64,000 nucleotides of DNA, taken from positions 4,608,001 to 4,672,000 of the forward strand of contig OZ245842.1 in assembly GCA_965228895.1 (NCBI GenBank). Reading direction: 5' to 3'. Positions 27,505 to 38,792 of the stretch are shown in pieces. Made by a program: the position numbers and the translations under genes. The notes under the pieces were generated by a model. The model was given only the letters and a program-made list of their open reading frames with translations, made no database searches and was not told the DNA's origin. The stretch is from Alphaproteobacteria bacterium (lineage in GTDB: Bacteria; Pseudomonadota; Alphaproteobacteria; SP197). Within the stretch, counting starts at the first letter, position 1. Every line of letters begins with the position of its first letter.

Positions 27505-29499
27505 GTGGCGCTTACCCTCGGCATCGATACCGGTGGCACCTACACGGATGCCGTGTTGTTCGACACGGCCAGCGGCACCGTCATGGCGAAGGCCAAGTCG
27601 CTGACCACCAAGCACGACCTGACGGAAGGCGTGCGTGGCGCGGTCGAGCAGGTGATTGGGACGAGCGGCGCGGACATCGGCCTGGTGTCGATCTCGACCA
27701 CGCTGGCCACCAACGCCATTGTCGAAGGGCAAGGCAGTCCCGCCGCCTTGGTGTTGATCGGCCATCAGCCGCGCGATCTCGAACGCCCGGATATCGCGAG
27801 TGCGCTGGCGCAGGACCCCTCTGTCCTGACCGCCGGCGGTCACGACGCGACCGGCGATGAAACGGCCCCGCTGGACCTCGACACCGTGCGTGAGTTCGCC
27901 CAGGACCAGCAGGGCCGCGTTGCCGCCTTCGCGGTCTCGGCCATGTTCGCCGTACGCAACCCCGCCCACGAGATTGCCGCCCGCGATTTGATCCGCGCGG
28001 AGACCGGGCTGCCGGTGACCTGCGCCCATGAGCTGAGCTCCAACCTGGACGCGCCGCGGCGTGCGCTGACCGCGTTGTTGAACGCGCGCCTAATCCCTTT
28101 GATCCAGGACCTCATCTTGGCGGTACGGGGCCTGATGCAAGGCTACGGCATCGCGGCGCCCCTGATGGTGGTGAAGGGCGACGGCTCGTTGATCGATGCT
28201 GATGTGGCGCTTGTCTCGCCGGTCGAGACCATCATGTCAGGGCCGGCGGCCAGTGTCGTCGGTGCGCGTCAACTGGCCGAGCTCGACAACGCCTTCGTTT
28301 CGGATATCGGCGGCACCACGACCGATGTCGCGCTGGTGACCGAGGGCATGCCGCAATTGAGCCGCGACGGCGCGGAGGTCGGCGACTTCCGCACCATGGT
28401 CGAGGCGGTCTCGGTCCATACCAGCGGTTTGGGCGGCGACAGCGAGTTGAACCTGGACGACCGTGGCCGTTTGGTCGCCGGACCGCGCCGCGCGGTACCG
28501 CTGAGCCTTCTGGCCAGCAGCCACCCGATGGTCCTGCGCGAGCTGGAACGCCAGGTCGAACGCGGTTACGCCAACCAGTGGGACGGTCAATTCGCCCTGC
28601 GCCAACGCGCCCTCGACACGTCGCTCGACACCATGTCGTCATCTCAGAAGCGGCTGTGGGAGCGCCTGGAGAAAGGTCCGGTATCGCTCGCCGCGCTCTA
28701 CCAAGACGAGACGCCAACGCTGGCGCTGCGCCGCCTGACCGGCCGGGGCCTGGTCATCCTGTCGCGCCTGACACCCAGCGACGCGGCTCATCTGCGCGGC
28801 CTGCAGGCGACCTGGGATCCGCGTGGCGCCGAACTGGGCGCGGCCTTGTGGCTGCGTCAGTGGCAGGCCAGCGGCCACCATGCGCCCGACGACATCGAAA
28901 GTTTCTGTGAGGCCATCTTCGAGACGGTCAGGACCCAGTCGGCACGCGCCCTGCTCGCCGCGGCCGTCGCCGAGGAGTACGGGCAGAGCCTGCCCGCCGG
29001 GCGCGCTGCGGATCTGTTTATCGACCGGCCGCTTTCCGGTGAGACCGGGCGCCTGTTCGCCATGAAGCTGGAGCTGCATCATCCGATCGTCGCGATCGGC
29101 GCGCCGGCGGCCGCCTATTACCCGCCGGTCGGTGAGCGCCTGGGGACCCGCGTCGTCGTGCCCGAACACGCGGAAGTCTGCAACGCCGTCGGCGCCGTCG
29201 CCGGCGGCGTGACCCAACGAGTCGACGCGCTGATCACCGCCCCTTCCGAGGGCCTCTACCGGTGCCACCTGCCCGACAACGTTGCCGACTTTCAGGACCT
29301 GGAAAAGGCCGCCGACCACGGCCTAAGGGTCATCACCGAGGCCGCGGCGCAAATGGCCGAGGCCGCCGGCGCCGTTGATGTGACCTTGTCGAGCCAGCGC
29401 GACGACAACGTGGTGCGCGGCGGCGATGGGCTTGAGACCTTCATCGAGAGCCGGTTGCGCGCGACCGCCACCGGCCGCCCAAGATTGAGCAAAACCTGA
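27505..29499 (+). CDS. Hydantoinase/oxoprolinase A-type protein
   Basis: GIDTGGTYTDAV, STTLATNAIVEG, SGPAAS, DIGGTTTD, GLGGDS, NAVGA. Confidence 0.88.
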   Translation: MALTLGIDTGGTYTDAVLFDTASGTVMAKAKSLTTKHDLTEGVRGAVEQVIGTSGADIGLVSISTTLATNAIVEGQGSPAALVLIGHQPRDLERPDIASALAQDPSVLTAGGHDATGDETAPLDLDTVREFAQDQQGRVAAFAVSAMFAVRNPAHEIAARDLIRAETGLPVTCAHELSSNLDAPRRALTALLNARLIPLIQDLILAVRGLMQGYGIAAPLMVVKGDGSLIDADVALVSPVETIMSGPAASVVGARQLAELDNAFVSDIGGTTTDVALVTEGMPQLSRDGAEVGDFRTMVEAVSVHTSGLGGDSELNLDDRGRLVAGPRRAVPLSLLASSHPMVLRELERQVERGYANQWDGQFALRQRALDTSLDTMSSSQKRLWERLEKGPVSLAALYQDETPTLALRRLTGRGLVILSRLTPSDAAHLRGLQATWDPRGAELGAALWLRQWQASGHHAPDDIESFCEAIFETVRTQSARALLAAAVAEEYGQSLPAGRAADLFIDRPLSGETGRLFAMKLELHHPIVAIGAPAAAYYPPVGERLGTRVVVPEHAEVCNAVGAVAGGVTQRVDALITAPSEGLYRCHLPDNVADFQDLEKAADHGLRVITEAAAQMAEAAGAVDVTLSSQRDDNVVRGGDGLETFIESRLRATATGRPRLSKT

Positions 29500-29529
29500 G
29501 AAACACTAGGGTTTTGCGGGATTTCCAGC

Positions 29530-29583
29530 TTGACAGGTCCGTGTCTTTCGCCCAGATAAACAGGACTGATTTGGTTCTATATA
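29530..29583 (+). promoter_or_regulatory. suf operon promoter with IscR type-1-like operator
   Basis: TTGACA at 29530, followed by AAACAGGACTGATTTGGTTCTATAT, which resembles ATA-N3-GACT-N5-AGTC-N3-TAT. Confidence 0.5.
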
Positions 29584-29601
29584 GATTCGGGTACGAAAAC
29601 G

Positions 29602-30060
29602 ATGATCCGCTTGAGCCGCATGGCGGACTACGGGGTGGTGGTGATGACCTACATGGCCCATTGCCGCGACCAGACCATGAGCGCCCATCAGGTGGCCGAA
29701 GGCACCGGTTTGCCGGAACCTGCCGTGGGCAAGCTCCTGAAGATGCTGAGCCGTGGCGATCTTCTGGATTCTCATCGCGGCGCACGGGGCGGCTATGCCC
29801 TGACCAGCGCGCCGGAGGACATCTCCGTCGCCGACATCGTGACCGCCGTCGAGGGTCCGATCGCGCTCACGCTGTGTGTCGACGACCACCCGGGCAACTG
29901 CGATGTCGAGTCCCTGTGCCCCATGCGCGGCGGCTGGAACCAGATCAACACGGCGCTGCGTGAGGCGCTGGATAGCGTGACCTTGGCCACCATGGCCTAT
30001 CCGGTGCCGCCGGTCTTGGCCGGCGCGACGCCAAACAACGCGTCAGTCGGCGCGCGCTGA
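29602..30060 (+). CDS. iscR: SUF-associated Rrf2-family (IscR-like) regulator
   Basis: RLSRMADYG, SHRGARGGY, AVEGPIALTLC..C..C (three Cys); first gene of the suf operon. Confidence 0.85.
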   Translation: MIRLSRMADYGVVVMTYMAHCRDQTMSAHQVAEGTGLPEPAVGKLLKMLSRGDLLDSHRGARGGYALTSAPEDISVADIVTAVEGPIALTLCVDDHPGNCDVESLCPMRGGWNQINTALREALDSVTLATMAYPVPPVLAGATPNNASVGAR

Positions 30061-30080
30061 ACAGGGTTTGAGGAGAAACC

Positions 30081-31541
<1,461 letters not shown>

Positions 31542-31574
31542 CCCGATGCGGAACAGAGGACAAGACGCAAGAGC

Positions 31575-32330
31575 ATGAACATTCTTTCGATCAAAGACCT
31601 GCACGCCACCGTCGACGGCAAGGCGATCCTGAACGGCATCGACCTGGAGATTAATGCCGGCGAGTTGCACGCGATCATGGGCCCTAACGGCTCCGGCAAG
31701 TCGACGCTGTCTTATGTGCTCTCCGGGCGCAGCGGCTACGAGGTGACCGAGGGCGAGGTGCTCTACAAGGGCGAGGACCTGCTTGCTATGGAGCCGGAGG
31801 AGCGCGCCCAGCAGGGCGTCTTCCTCGCCTTCCAGTATCCCGTCGAGATTCCCGGCGTGCCGACGACCTCGTTCCTGAAGCAGTCGATCAACGCGGTCAG
31901 GAAAGCGCGCGGCGAAGATCCGCTTGATGCCATGGAGTTCCTGAAGCTGGTGCGAGCCAAGCTGAAGGAGCTTGGCGTCGGCGAGGACATGATCAAGCGC
32001 GCGGTCAATGCCGGCTTCTCCGGCGGCGAGAAGAAGCGCATGGAGGTCCTCCAGATGGCGCTCTTGGAACCGTCGCTCGCGATCCTCGACGAGACCGATT
32101 CCGGCCTCGATATCGACGCGCTGAAGATCGTCGCCGACGGCGTTAACGCGCTTCGCCGCGCCGATCGCGCCATGCTGGTCATCACCCACTATCAACGCCT
32201 GCTCGACTACATCGTGCCCGACCACGTGCACGTGCTGTCGGCCGGGCGCATCATTCGTTCCGGCGACAAGTCGCTGGCGCTCGAGCTCGAAGAAAAGGGT
32301 TATGCCGACATTGTGTCGGCAGCGGCCTGA
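31575..32330 (+). CDS. sufC: Fe-S assembly ATPase SufC
   Basis: GPNGSGKST, FQYPVEIPG, GFSGGEKKR, DETDSGLDIDAL, ITHYQRLL. Confidence 0.97.
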   Translation: MNILSIKDLHATVDGKAILNGIDLEINAGELHAIMGPNGSGKSTLSYVLSGRSGYEVTEGEVLYKGEDLLAMEPEERAQQGVFLAFQYPVEIPGVPTTSFLKQSINAVRKARGEDPLDAMEFLKLVRAKLKELGVGEDMIKRAVNAGFSGGEKKRMEVLQMALLEPSLAILDETDSGLDIDALKIVADGVNALRRADRAMLVITHYQRLLDYIVPDHVHVLSAGRIIRSGDKSLALELEEKGYADIVSAAA

Positions 32331-32339
32331 GGATCGGCG

Positions 32340-33644
32340 ATGACCACAAGCGTTCCCTTCATCGAGAACTACGGCGACCTGCGCGCCGGCCTGCCCGGCG
32401 CTGATCTGCCGTGGCTCGACGCGTTGCGCGGCACCGGCCTCGATCGTTATGAAGCGCTCGGTCTGCCGACGCCCAAGGTCGAAGACTGGAAGTACACCAA
32501 CCTTCGTTCTCTGACGGCACAGAGTTTTTCGCTCGCCTCTGCCGACCGGCCCGTCACCGTCGATGACGTCCCGGCGTTGGACTTCGAGGGCGACATCCAT
32601 CGTGTCGCGCTGGTCAACGGCATGGTCAATGCCGAGTTGAGCGGCCTCGACACGCTGCCTGACGGCCTCACCATCTTGCCGCTCGATCAGGCAATCGCCG
32701 GGGATCCTGGAATCGTCGAGGCCCATGTCGGCCACGTCGCGGCGCTTGGCCGCAAGCCGTTCGTCGCGCTCAACACCGCCTATCTCGGCACCGGCCTGGT
32801 CATACGCGTGTCCGCCGGCACCACGATCGAAGCGCCCATCCACCTCGCCTTCATCGGCGCGGCGGGCGACGACCATCTGGTCTGGCACCCCCGGCTTCTG
32901 ATTGTCGTCGAAGACGGCGCCAGCGCGACGCTCGTTGAGACCCATAGCGGCAGCGGCGCCTATTTCTCCAATGGCGTTAGCGAAGTCTGCATCGGCAACG
33001 ATGGCAGCTTGAACCACCTGAAGATCCAGAACGAAGGACCGCAGGCGTTCCACATCGCCGCCATCGAGGCGCGTATCGGTGCGCGTGCGTCCTATGAGAG
33101 CTTCATTCTGTCGACCGGCGCGTCCCTGTCGCGCAACCAGATCGGCGTTCTGTTCGCCGAGGAAGAGGCGCGTTGCCGGATCAACGGCGCTTACCTGATG
33201 CGCGACAACCAGCATGTCGACACGACGAGCATCATCGACCACGCCGTGCCCAACTGCAAAAGTAACCAGGTCTTCAAGGGCGTGTTGGACGACAAGTCGC
33301 GCGCGGTGTTCCAAGGCAAAGTCATTGTCCGCAAGGATGCCCAGCACACCGACGGTCATCAGTTGAACAAGACCTTGCTGCTGTCCGACCGCGCGGAGAT
33401 CGATGCCAAGCCGGAGCTTGAAATCTACGCCGATGACGTGACCTGCGGTCATGGCGCGACGGCCGGCGAGATCGACGAGAACGCCCTCTTTTATCTGCGG
33501 TCGCGCGGCATCGATAAGGAAACGGCGCGCTCGATGCTGATTGATGCCTTCATCGATGAAGCGCTCCAGGAAATCTCCCGCGAGGATCTGCGCGATACGT
33601 TCCGTCATGTCGTCGCAGCGTGGCAAAAAGGCGCGGCATCATGA
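32340..33644 (+). CDS. sufD: Fe-S assembly protein SufD
   Basis: EDWKYT, KPELEIYADDVTCGHGAT, FYLRSRGI. Confidence 0.95.
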   Translation: MTTSVPFIENYGDLRAGLPGADLPWLDALRGTGLDRYEALGLPTPKVEDWKYTNLRSLTAQSFSLASADRPVTVDDVPALDFEGDIHRVALVNGMVNAELSGLDTLPDGLTILPLDQAIAGDPGIVEAHVGHVAALGRKPFVALNTAYLGTGLVIRVSAGTTIEAPIHLAFIGAAGDDHLVWHPRLLIVVEDGASATLVETHSGSGAYFSNGVSEVCIGNDGSLNHLKIQNEGPQAFHIAAIEARIGARASYESFILSTGASLSRNQIGVLFAEEEARCRINGAYLMRDNQHVDTTSIIDHAVPNCKSNQVFKGVLDDKSRAVFQGKVIVRKDAQHTDGHQLNKTLLLSDRAEIDAKPELEIYADDVTCGHGATAGEIDENALFYLRSRGIDKETARSMLIDAFIDEALQEISREDLRDTFRHVVAAWQKGAAS

Positions 33645-34897
33645 ACAAGGCTGCCGTTTCGCCCGCCTTGGCCAACGCGCCGCTGGATATCGCGCGGATC
33701 CGCAGCGATTTTCCGATCCTGTCGCGCGAAGTCTACGGCAAGCCGCTGGTGTTTCTGGATAGCGCGGCGAGCGCCCAGAAACCGCAGGTGGTTATCGATG
33801 CGGAACGGCATTGTTATGAAGAGGAGTATGCCAACGTCCACCGCGGCGTTTACTACCTGAGCCAGGCTGCAACGGAGAAGTTCGAGGCGACGCGCACCCG
33901 CGTGCGCGACTTCATCAACGCAGCAAGCGACGACGAGATCGTCTTCACCCGCGGCGGTACCGAAGCGGTCAACCTGGTCGCCGCGAGTTACGCGCGCCAT
34001 CATCTTGAACCCGGCGACGAGATCCTGGTTTCCGAACTGGAGCACCATTCCAACATCGTTCCGTGGCAGCTGGTCGCTGAGGAAAAGGGCCTGGTCATCG
34101 TGCCGATTCCGATCCTGGATGACGGCCAGATCGACATGGCGGCCTATCGCGACGCCCTTGGCCCGCGCAGCAAGATCGTGGCGATTACCCAGATGTCGAA
34201 CGCGCTGGGTATCGTGACGCCGATCCATGAAATCATCCGCCTGGCCCACGGCGCCGGCGCACGCGTGCTGGTCGACGGCTGTCAGGCCATCACCCATAGC
34301 ACCGTCGATGTGCAAGATCTCGACTGCGATTTCTACGTCTTCTCGGGCCACAAGATTTACGGACCGACAGGTGCTGGCGCGCTCTACGCCAAGGCTGAGC
34401 TGCTCGACATGATGGCGCCCTACCAGGGTGGCGGCGAAATGATCGCGCGGGTGTCGCTCGAGAAATCGACGTTCAAGAAAGGTGCGGCGAAGTTCGAGGC
34501 TGGCACGCCGGCGATCGCCCAGGTGATCGCGCTGAAGGCCGCACTCGACTACGTCGCCGATCTCGGCATGGACCGCATCGCCGATCACGAGCACCTGCTG
34601 CTGGAATACGCGACCGATCGGTTGTCGGCGATCGACGGTCTGACGATCTACGGCACCGCGCCGGCCAAGGCGAGCATCGTGTCTTTCACAATGGCCGATA
34701 TCCACCCGCACGATATCGGCACCATCGTCGACCGCGAGGGTGTCGCTGTCAGGGTCGGGCACCATTGCGCCCAGCCGGTGATGCAACGCTACGATATCGC
34801 GGCGACCGTGCGCGCCTCGTTCGGGCTCTACAACACGACTGATGATATCGACCGGCTGGTCGATGCCTTGGGCGTGGTGAAGGAGATGTTCGGCTGA
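33641..34897 (+). CDS. sufS: Cysteine desulfurase SufS
   Basis: LDSAASAQKP, NVHRG, EHHSNIVPW, FSGHK (PLP Lys), HPHD, RVGHHCA. Confidence 0.96.
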   Translation: MNKAAVSPALANAPLDIARIRSDFPILSREVYGKPLVFLDSAASAQKPQVVIDAERHCYEEEYANVHRGVYYLSQAATEKFEATRTRVRDFINAASDDEIVFTRGGTEAVNLVAASYARHHLEPGDEILVSELEHHSNIVPWQLVAEEKGLVIVPIPILDDGQIDMAAYRDALGPRSKIVAITQMSNALGIVTPIHEIIRLAHGAGARVLVDGCQAITHSTVDVQDLDCDFYVFSGHKIYGPTGAGALYAKAELLDMMAPYQGGGEMIARVSLEKSTFKKGAAKFEAGTPAIAQVIALKAALDYVADLGMDRIADHEHLLLEYATDRLSAIDGLTIYGTAPAKASIVSFTMADIHPHDIGTIVDREGVAVRVGHHCAQPVMQRYDIAATVRASFGLYNTTDDIDRLVDALGVVKEMFG

Positions 34898-35358
34898 TGG
34901 ACGAACTGCGCGAACTCTACCAGGAGGTCATCCTGGACCACGGCCGGAACCCCCGGAACTTCGGTCATCCGGCGGCATGCAACCGCCAGGCGGAAGGTGA
35001 CAACCCTTTATGCGGCGACCAACTGACGGTCTACTTGATGGTGGACGACGCCGGCGTTGTCGAGGATGTGGCCTTTGAAGGTCGCGGATGCGCGATTTCC
35101 ATGGCTTCGGCGTCGATGATGACCGAGCTGGTCAAGGGCAAGACCGCGGCGGACGCCGAGGCCTTGTTTGAGAAATTCCATCATCTTGTGACCGATGACA
35201 CGGTCGATCTGAACAGCGCGGCGGAAGATGAGGACCTGGAGAAGCTGGTCGTGCTCTCCGGCGTCCGGCAATTCCCCATGCGGGTCAAGTGTGCCACCTT
35301 GGCCTGGCATACGATGACCGCCGCAATCGAAGGCAAGGCGACGGTGACGACGGAGTGA
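34897..35358 (+). CDS. sufU: SUF-system NifU-family sulfur transfer protein SufU
   Basis: LYQEVILDH, NPLCGD, GCAIS, FPMRVKCATLAWH; lacks the IscU LPPVK motif. Confidence 0.9.
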   Translation: MDELRELYQEVILDHGRNPRNFGHPAACNRQAEGDNPLCGDQLTVYLMVDDAGVVEDVAFEGRGCAISMASASMMTELVKGKTAADAEALFEKFHHLVTDDTVDLNSAAEDEDLEKLVVLSGVRQFPMRVKCATLAWHTMTAAIEGKATVTTE

Positions 35359-35360
35359 TT

Positions 35361-35837
35361 ATGGACGAGACCCGCACCCAGCCAGGCAGCCCGCTGCCCG
35401 CAACCGACCCGGCGCCTGCGCCGAGTCCGGCGCCGGCGACTGCCACGGACACGGAAACCGTGGGCCAACAGGCCCACGAGAGCTGGAAACCGGACTACGA
35501 GGCCGATCCGACCAAGATCGTGCAGAAAGAAGGCGAGCCGCTGATCAGCGACATCGTCGATGCGATACGCACGGTGTTCGACCCTGAAATTCCTGTGAAC
35601 ATCTACGATCTCGGCCTGATTTATGCCATCGATTCGCGTCAGGATGGCTCGGTAAAGGTCGAGATGACCCTGACGGCGCCGGGTTGTCCGGTGGCCGAGG
35701 AGATACCAATTTGGGTACGCGACGCCATCGCGACCGTTGAAGGCACGACCGACATCGATGTCGAGATTGTCTGGGACCCGCCGTGGGACCCCTCGATGTT
35801 GTCGGAATATGCTAAGATAGAACTTGGGTTGTTCTAG
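35361..35837 (+). CDS. sufT: DUF59/SufT Fe-S maturation protein with Pro/Thr-rich N-terminal extension
   Basis: DPEIPVNIYDLGLIY, MTLTAPGCP, WDPPW. Confidence 0.9.
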   Translation: MDETRTQPGSPLPATDPAPAPSPAPATATDTETVGQQAHESWKPDYEADPTKIVQKEGEPLISDIVDAIRTVFDPEIPVNIYDLGLIYAIDSRQDGSVKVEMTLTAPGCPVAEEIPIWVRDAIATVEGTTDIDVEIVWDPPWDPSMLSEYAKIELGLF

Positions 35838-35862
35838 GCCCTTAAGGAGTGGAACGAGGACC

Positions 35863-36207
35863 ATGTTTGGAAGTCCCGACAGCAAACTCTTTACCTTGAC
35901 CGACAAGGCCGCCGAGCGTGCCAAGATTCTGCTCGCGCAGAACGATCAGGCGATCGGTCTGAAGGTCGGCATCAAAACGGCCGGCTGCAGCGGCTTTTCC
36001 TACACCATGGACTATGCCGAAGAAGCGACCGGCAAGGAGGATGTGGTTGAGGAGAAGGGCATCAAGATCCTGATCGAGCCGACCGCGACCATGTTCCTGA
36101 TCGGCACCGAACTGGACTGGCACGAGGACAAGCTTGAGTCCCGCTTCGTCTTCAACAATCCCAACGCCAAAGGCATGTGCGGCTGCGGCGAATCCTTCAC
36201 GGTTTGA
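35863..36207 (+). CDS. sufA: A-type Fe-S carrier (HesB/IscA/SufA)
   Basis: GCSG, FNNPNA, CGCGESF. Confidence 0.92.
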   Translation: MFGSPDSKLFTLTDKAAERAKILLAQNDQAIGLKVGIKTAGCSGFSYTMDYAEEATGKEDVVEEKGIKILIEPTATMFLIGTELDWHEDKLESRFVFNNPNAKGMCGCGESFTV

Positions 36208-36251
36208 TTCAACGACATAACCCCAAGGGCGCGCCTCAGAGGTTCACGCGA

Positions 36252-38210
36252 ATGAACATCAGCCGGTTTGTTTCAGTACTGGCCGTGTTTGTCGGTGTGT
36301 TGGCTGTGACCGAGGCGCACGCGCTGTCGGAAGCCGACCAAGCGCTCTACGCCCAGGCGTTCGAGGAAGTCGAGGAAGGCAACTGGCAGGACGCCTATGG
36401 TCTTGCGGCGCGCGCCAGCGACCAGCGGCTGGCCGAAGTCATCTATTGGCTCGATTTGCAGGACACGGAAACCGAAGAGCCGTTCAGCGAAATCCTCGGC
36501 TTCATGCTCGACCATCCCGATTGGCCGCGGCTGAGGACCCTGCGCGGCATCGCTGAAGAGGCGATGCCCGACGATTTACCGGCAAACGACGTCATCGCCT
36601 ATTTCGGCGCCTACCCGCCGGTCGAAACCGCCGGCATTGTGCGTTACGGCTTGGCCCTGATCCGCAGCGGACAGGATGCTGAGGCGACCGCCCTGGTTCG
36701 CAGTGCCTGGGTCGCGGACGACTTCTCCGCCTCCGAAGAGGCGGACTTCCTGAAGTATTTCAGATCGCGTCTGACCCTGGACGATCACCTGGCGCGGCTG
36801 GACCGGCTGTTGTGGGAAGGCAAGACGTTCTCCGCCAAGCGCATGCTGAACCGGGTCGGCCAGGATCAGGCCGCGCTGGCATTCGCGCGCATCACGCTCA
36901 GATCGGCTGAGCCGGGCGTCGACGGCGCGATCAACCGCGTGCCGGCCGAGCTACGCGATGACCCCGGCCTGATCTTCGAGCGGCTGCGTTGGCGCCGGGT
37001 TAAGGGTTTCGATGACTCGGCCGCCGAACTCCTGATGCCGTCACCGGACGAGTTGGTCTATCCCGATCTTTGGGCGCGGGAGCGCCTGATCCTCGCGCGG
37101 CGCTATCTGGATAACGACGATGCCGCGACGGCCTACCGCCTGCTCGCCGACCACGGCAACACCAACGGCGCCTTCCACCACGAGGTCGATTGGCTTGCCG
37201 GCTGGGTCGCGCTGAGGAAACTCGACGAGCCGGCCGTCGCGCTCGATCACTTCATGACGTTTTATGAAGGCGTCGGCTACCCGATCAGCCGCTCGCGCGG
37301 CGCGTACTGGGCGGGACGTGCCGCCGAAGCCATGGGCGACATGGAGCAGGCACGGGTCTGGTACGATCTGGCCGCCGATCACGGCAACACGTTCTATGGT
37401 CAACTCGGCGCCGAAAAACTGGATGTCGCACCGCGTTTCGCCGAGGTGCCGGAACCCACCGAGGCCGAGGTCAATGCCTTCGCCGCCGATGAATTGGTGA
37501 CTCTGGTGCGCCTGCTGGACGAGGTCGGCGCGCGCGATCAGGTACGCCGTTTCCTGCTGCATATCGGCGACCGCGCGGATTCACCGGCAACGCTGCATCT
37601 GAGCGCCCAGCTTGCCCTGGTGCTGGGTCGTCCCGATCTTGCCGTAAGCATTGCAAAAGCCGGTGTCAGGCGTGGCACCGTGCTGGTTTACGCAGGCTAT
37701 CCGATGATCGACCTGCCCACGGAGTCAACGGTCGATCCGGCGCTGGCGCTTGCGGTCATTCGCCAGGAGAGCTCGTTTGATCCGGGCGCCATCAGTTCCG
37801 CCGGCGCGCGCGGCCTGATGCAGTTGATGCCGGCGACCGCACAAGGCGTTGCCGACGATCTCGGCATCTATCACACGCGCGCCAAGCTCACGAGCGATCC
37901 CCTGCACAACATGCGCCTGGGCACTGCCTATATGGCCGAACTGCTGGACGCTCAGGGCGGCTCCTACGTCCGCGCCATCGCCGCCTACAACGCGGGTCCG
38001 TCGCGGGTTTACCGCTGGATCAACGAGTACGGCGACCCCACCGCACCCGGCACCGACATCGTCGACTGGATCGAGCAGATCCCGTTCAGCGAGACCCGCA
38101 ACTACGTCCAACGCGTGCTCGAAGCTCTCATCGTCTACCGCGTTCTACACGGCGTCCAAACCGCCAGCCTGAACGACTCCCTCACCGGCCACTGCGCCGC
38201 GATGTGCTAG
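36252..38210 (+). CDS. slt: Soluble lytic murein transglycosylase (Slt70-like)
   Basis: Signal peptide, helical N-domain, catalytic IRQESSF, GARGLMQLMPATA, AAYNAG, ETRNYVQRV. Confidence 0.92.
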   Translation: MNISRFVSVLAVFVGVLAVTEAHALSEADQALYAQAFEEVEEGNWQDAYGLAARASDQRLAEVIYWLDLQDTETEEPFSEILGFMLDHPDWPRLRTLRGIAEEAMPDDLPANDVIAYFGAYPPVETAGIVRYGLALIRSGQDAEATALVRSAWVADDFSASEEADFLKYFRSRLTLDDHLARLDRLLWEGKTFSAKRMLNRVGQDQAALAFARITLRSAEPGVDGAINRVPAELRDDPGLIFERLRWRRVKGFDDSAAELLMPSPDELVYPDLWARERLILARRYLDNDDAATAYRLLADHGNTNGAFHHEVDWLAGWVALRKLDEPAVALDHFMTFYEGVGYPISRSRGAYWAGRAAEAMGDMEQARVWYDLAADHGNTFYGQLGAEKLDVAPRFAEVPEPTEAEVNAFAADELVTLVRLLDEVGARDQVRRFLLHIGDRADSPATLHLSAQLALVLGRPDLAVSIAKAGVRRGTVLVYAGYPMIDLPTESTVDPALALAVIRQESSFDPGAISSAGARGLMQLMPATAQGVADDLGIYHTRAKLTSDPLHNMRLGTAYMAELLDAQGGSYVRAIAAYNAGPSRVYRWINEYGDPTAPGTDIVDWIEQIPFSETRNYVQRVLEALIVYRVLHGVQTASLNDSLTGHCAAMC

Positions 38211-38234
38211 AGACAATTGTTGTAAGGCGGTCTG

Positions 38235-38702
38235 TCAGGCACGTTCGATACGACCGGCGTAGCATCCTTGCTTGGCGTTATGGGCGTGGATGTAGGACGT
38301 TCGCGGGTTCTCGAACAGCCGCTCGACGGTCGGCCTGATCTCGTCATCGAACGCAAGATCGGCCTCGACCAACATACCCGTGGCATCGAAGGCGCGCAGC
38401 GATTGCGGATAGGCGCGCATGACCTCCGGCACGTCGTTATCGCCGACAAAGGTCTGCTCAGCGCCTTCCAGGACGTAGATCGCGTGACTTGCCCGGTACG
38501 GTGTGTCGGCAGTTTGGCTGACATGGTTGAGCAGGAGAACCGCCTCGCCCGGCCTGGCGTTGCGCATCTCGATTCGGTCCGTGTAGGCGGTCGCCTCATC
38601 GGCGACATAGCGCCTGACGCCCCGCTTAGCGAGCTCATCGTCGGAGAGGCCATAGAGATGCCGAAACGGATCGGCCGAGAGGCCGATGATACGAAAACCC
38701 AT
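38235..38702 (-). CDS. DUF1203 family protein
   Basis: PYRASHAIYV, SLRAFD, YIHAHNAKQGCYAGRIER. Confidence 0.82.
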   Translation of the reverse strand: MGFRIIGLSADPFRHLYGLSDDELAKRGVRRYVADEATAYTDRIEMRNARPGEAVLLLNHVSQTADTPYRASHAIYVLEGAEQTFVGDNDVPEVMRAYPQSLRAFDATGMLVEADLAFDDEIRPTVERLFENPRTSYIHAHNAKQGCYAGRIERA

Positions 38703-38792
38703 GATCGTTACTCCGCAAGCAATGGAGCTAACGATCTAGGTCTCCAGCCCCGACGCCTGCCACCCGTTTCTTGCTGCGACAGACGCGGGCGT

